Shown one piece after another: positions 63,801-64,000 of a stretch of 64,000 nucleotides of DNA. Made by a program: the position numbers and the translations under genes. The notes below the pieces were generated by a model. That model did no database searches and was not told the origin of the DNA. It saw nothing but the letters and a program-made list of their open reading frames with translations. Position 1 is the first letter of the stretch. Every line of letters starts with the position of its first letter. This DNA is from Eledone cirrhosa. Its lineage: Eukaryota. The stretch lies in the NCBI GenBank assembly GCA_964016885.1, contig OZ024742.1, positions 165,230,001 to 165,294,000 of the forward strand, given 5' to 3'.

Positions 63801-64000
63801 TCCCCCTGATTTTTTTTTACAAATTATCTCCCACTGATTTTTTTTTACAAATTATCTGCCCCTGATTTTTTTTACAAATTATCTCCCCCTGATTTTTTTA
63901 CAAATTATCTCCCCTTGGCTGGCTGGAAATTATCTCCCCTTGGAGGCTGGAATTTATCTCCCCTTGGACGGCTAGAAATTACCTCTCCTTGGACGGCTGG

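Larger units (their letters stand above)
1..64000 (+). repeat. Composite tandem satellite array of two monomer types (A 25 bp; B ~26-28 bp) sharing the core AAATTATCTCCCC; runs off both window ends
   Basis: The core or a close variant recurs every ~25-28 bp from base 1 to 64000, always in the same orientation. No unique sequence or inverted block was seen. A = AAATTATCTCCCCTTGGACGGCTGG, B = AAATTATCTCCCCCTGA(T)nAC with n mostly 7-9. Confidence 0.99.

Noticed and set aside
1-64000. No minus-strand ORFs, suggesting a coding-strand bias
   Set aside because: The core's TTA reads TAA on the minus strand in nearly every monomer, and monomer lengths shift frame, so all minus frames close quickly.
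1-64000. CRISPR-like pattern of constant repeat plus variable spacer
   Set aside because: The constant part is only 13 bp, the intervening 12-15 bp come in two recurring types instead of unique spacers, and there is no leader or cas gene.
1-64000. G-quadruplex/i-motif or telomere-like repeat from the C4-5 runs
   Set aside because: The G-runs on the minus strand are separated by ~21-23 nt, much longer than canonical G4 loops. The two-type monomer with nested higher-order duplications does not look like telomerase-templated repeats. Weak non-canonical structures are not excluded.
1-64000. Embedded transposon, inversion or unique-sequence island
   Set aside because: None was seen on reading. 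Even the most divergent stretch (60.4-60.7 kb) can be derived from the monomers, and I saw no reverse-orientation core (GGGGAGATAATTT) on the + strand.
1-64000. Assignment as centromeric, subtelomeric or germline-eliminated DNA
   Set aside because: Higher-order structure is compatible with these roles, but nothing in the sequence distinguishes them. It would need CENP-A ChIP, chromosomal position, or germline versus soma read depth.

Overview
The whole 64 kb window is one uninterrupted, single-orientation, non-coding tandem satellite array (roughly 2,400 monomers by length estimate). It has two related monomer types that share a 13-bp core, AAATTATCTCCCC. Type A is 25 bp (AAATTATCTCCCC-TTGGACGGCTGG). 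Type B is mostly 26-28 bp (AAATTATCTCCCC-CTGA-T7-9-AC). A and B alternate in short blocks. The A blocks are not random: they are a small set of ordered cassettes with position-specific variant monomers. The cassettes form nested higher-order repeats (about 1.25, 1.63, 2.0, 6.2 kb, and a ~14-kb unit present in several full or partial copies), with deletions that remove whole monomers. All ORF-track entries are translations of the repeat. I found no genes, RNA genes, transposons or CRISPR arrays and no evidence for a gene-based novel system. The interest lies in the two-letter modular architecture, the readable recombination history, and a GATA-type motif (AGATAA, minus strand) in nearly every monomer. 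The organism and chromosomal location cannot be determined from the sequence; the architecture resembles eukaryotic satellite DNA (inference). Coordinates of duplication boundaries are approximate, read by eye from diagnostic variants and ORF-track offsets.
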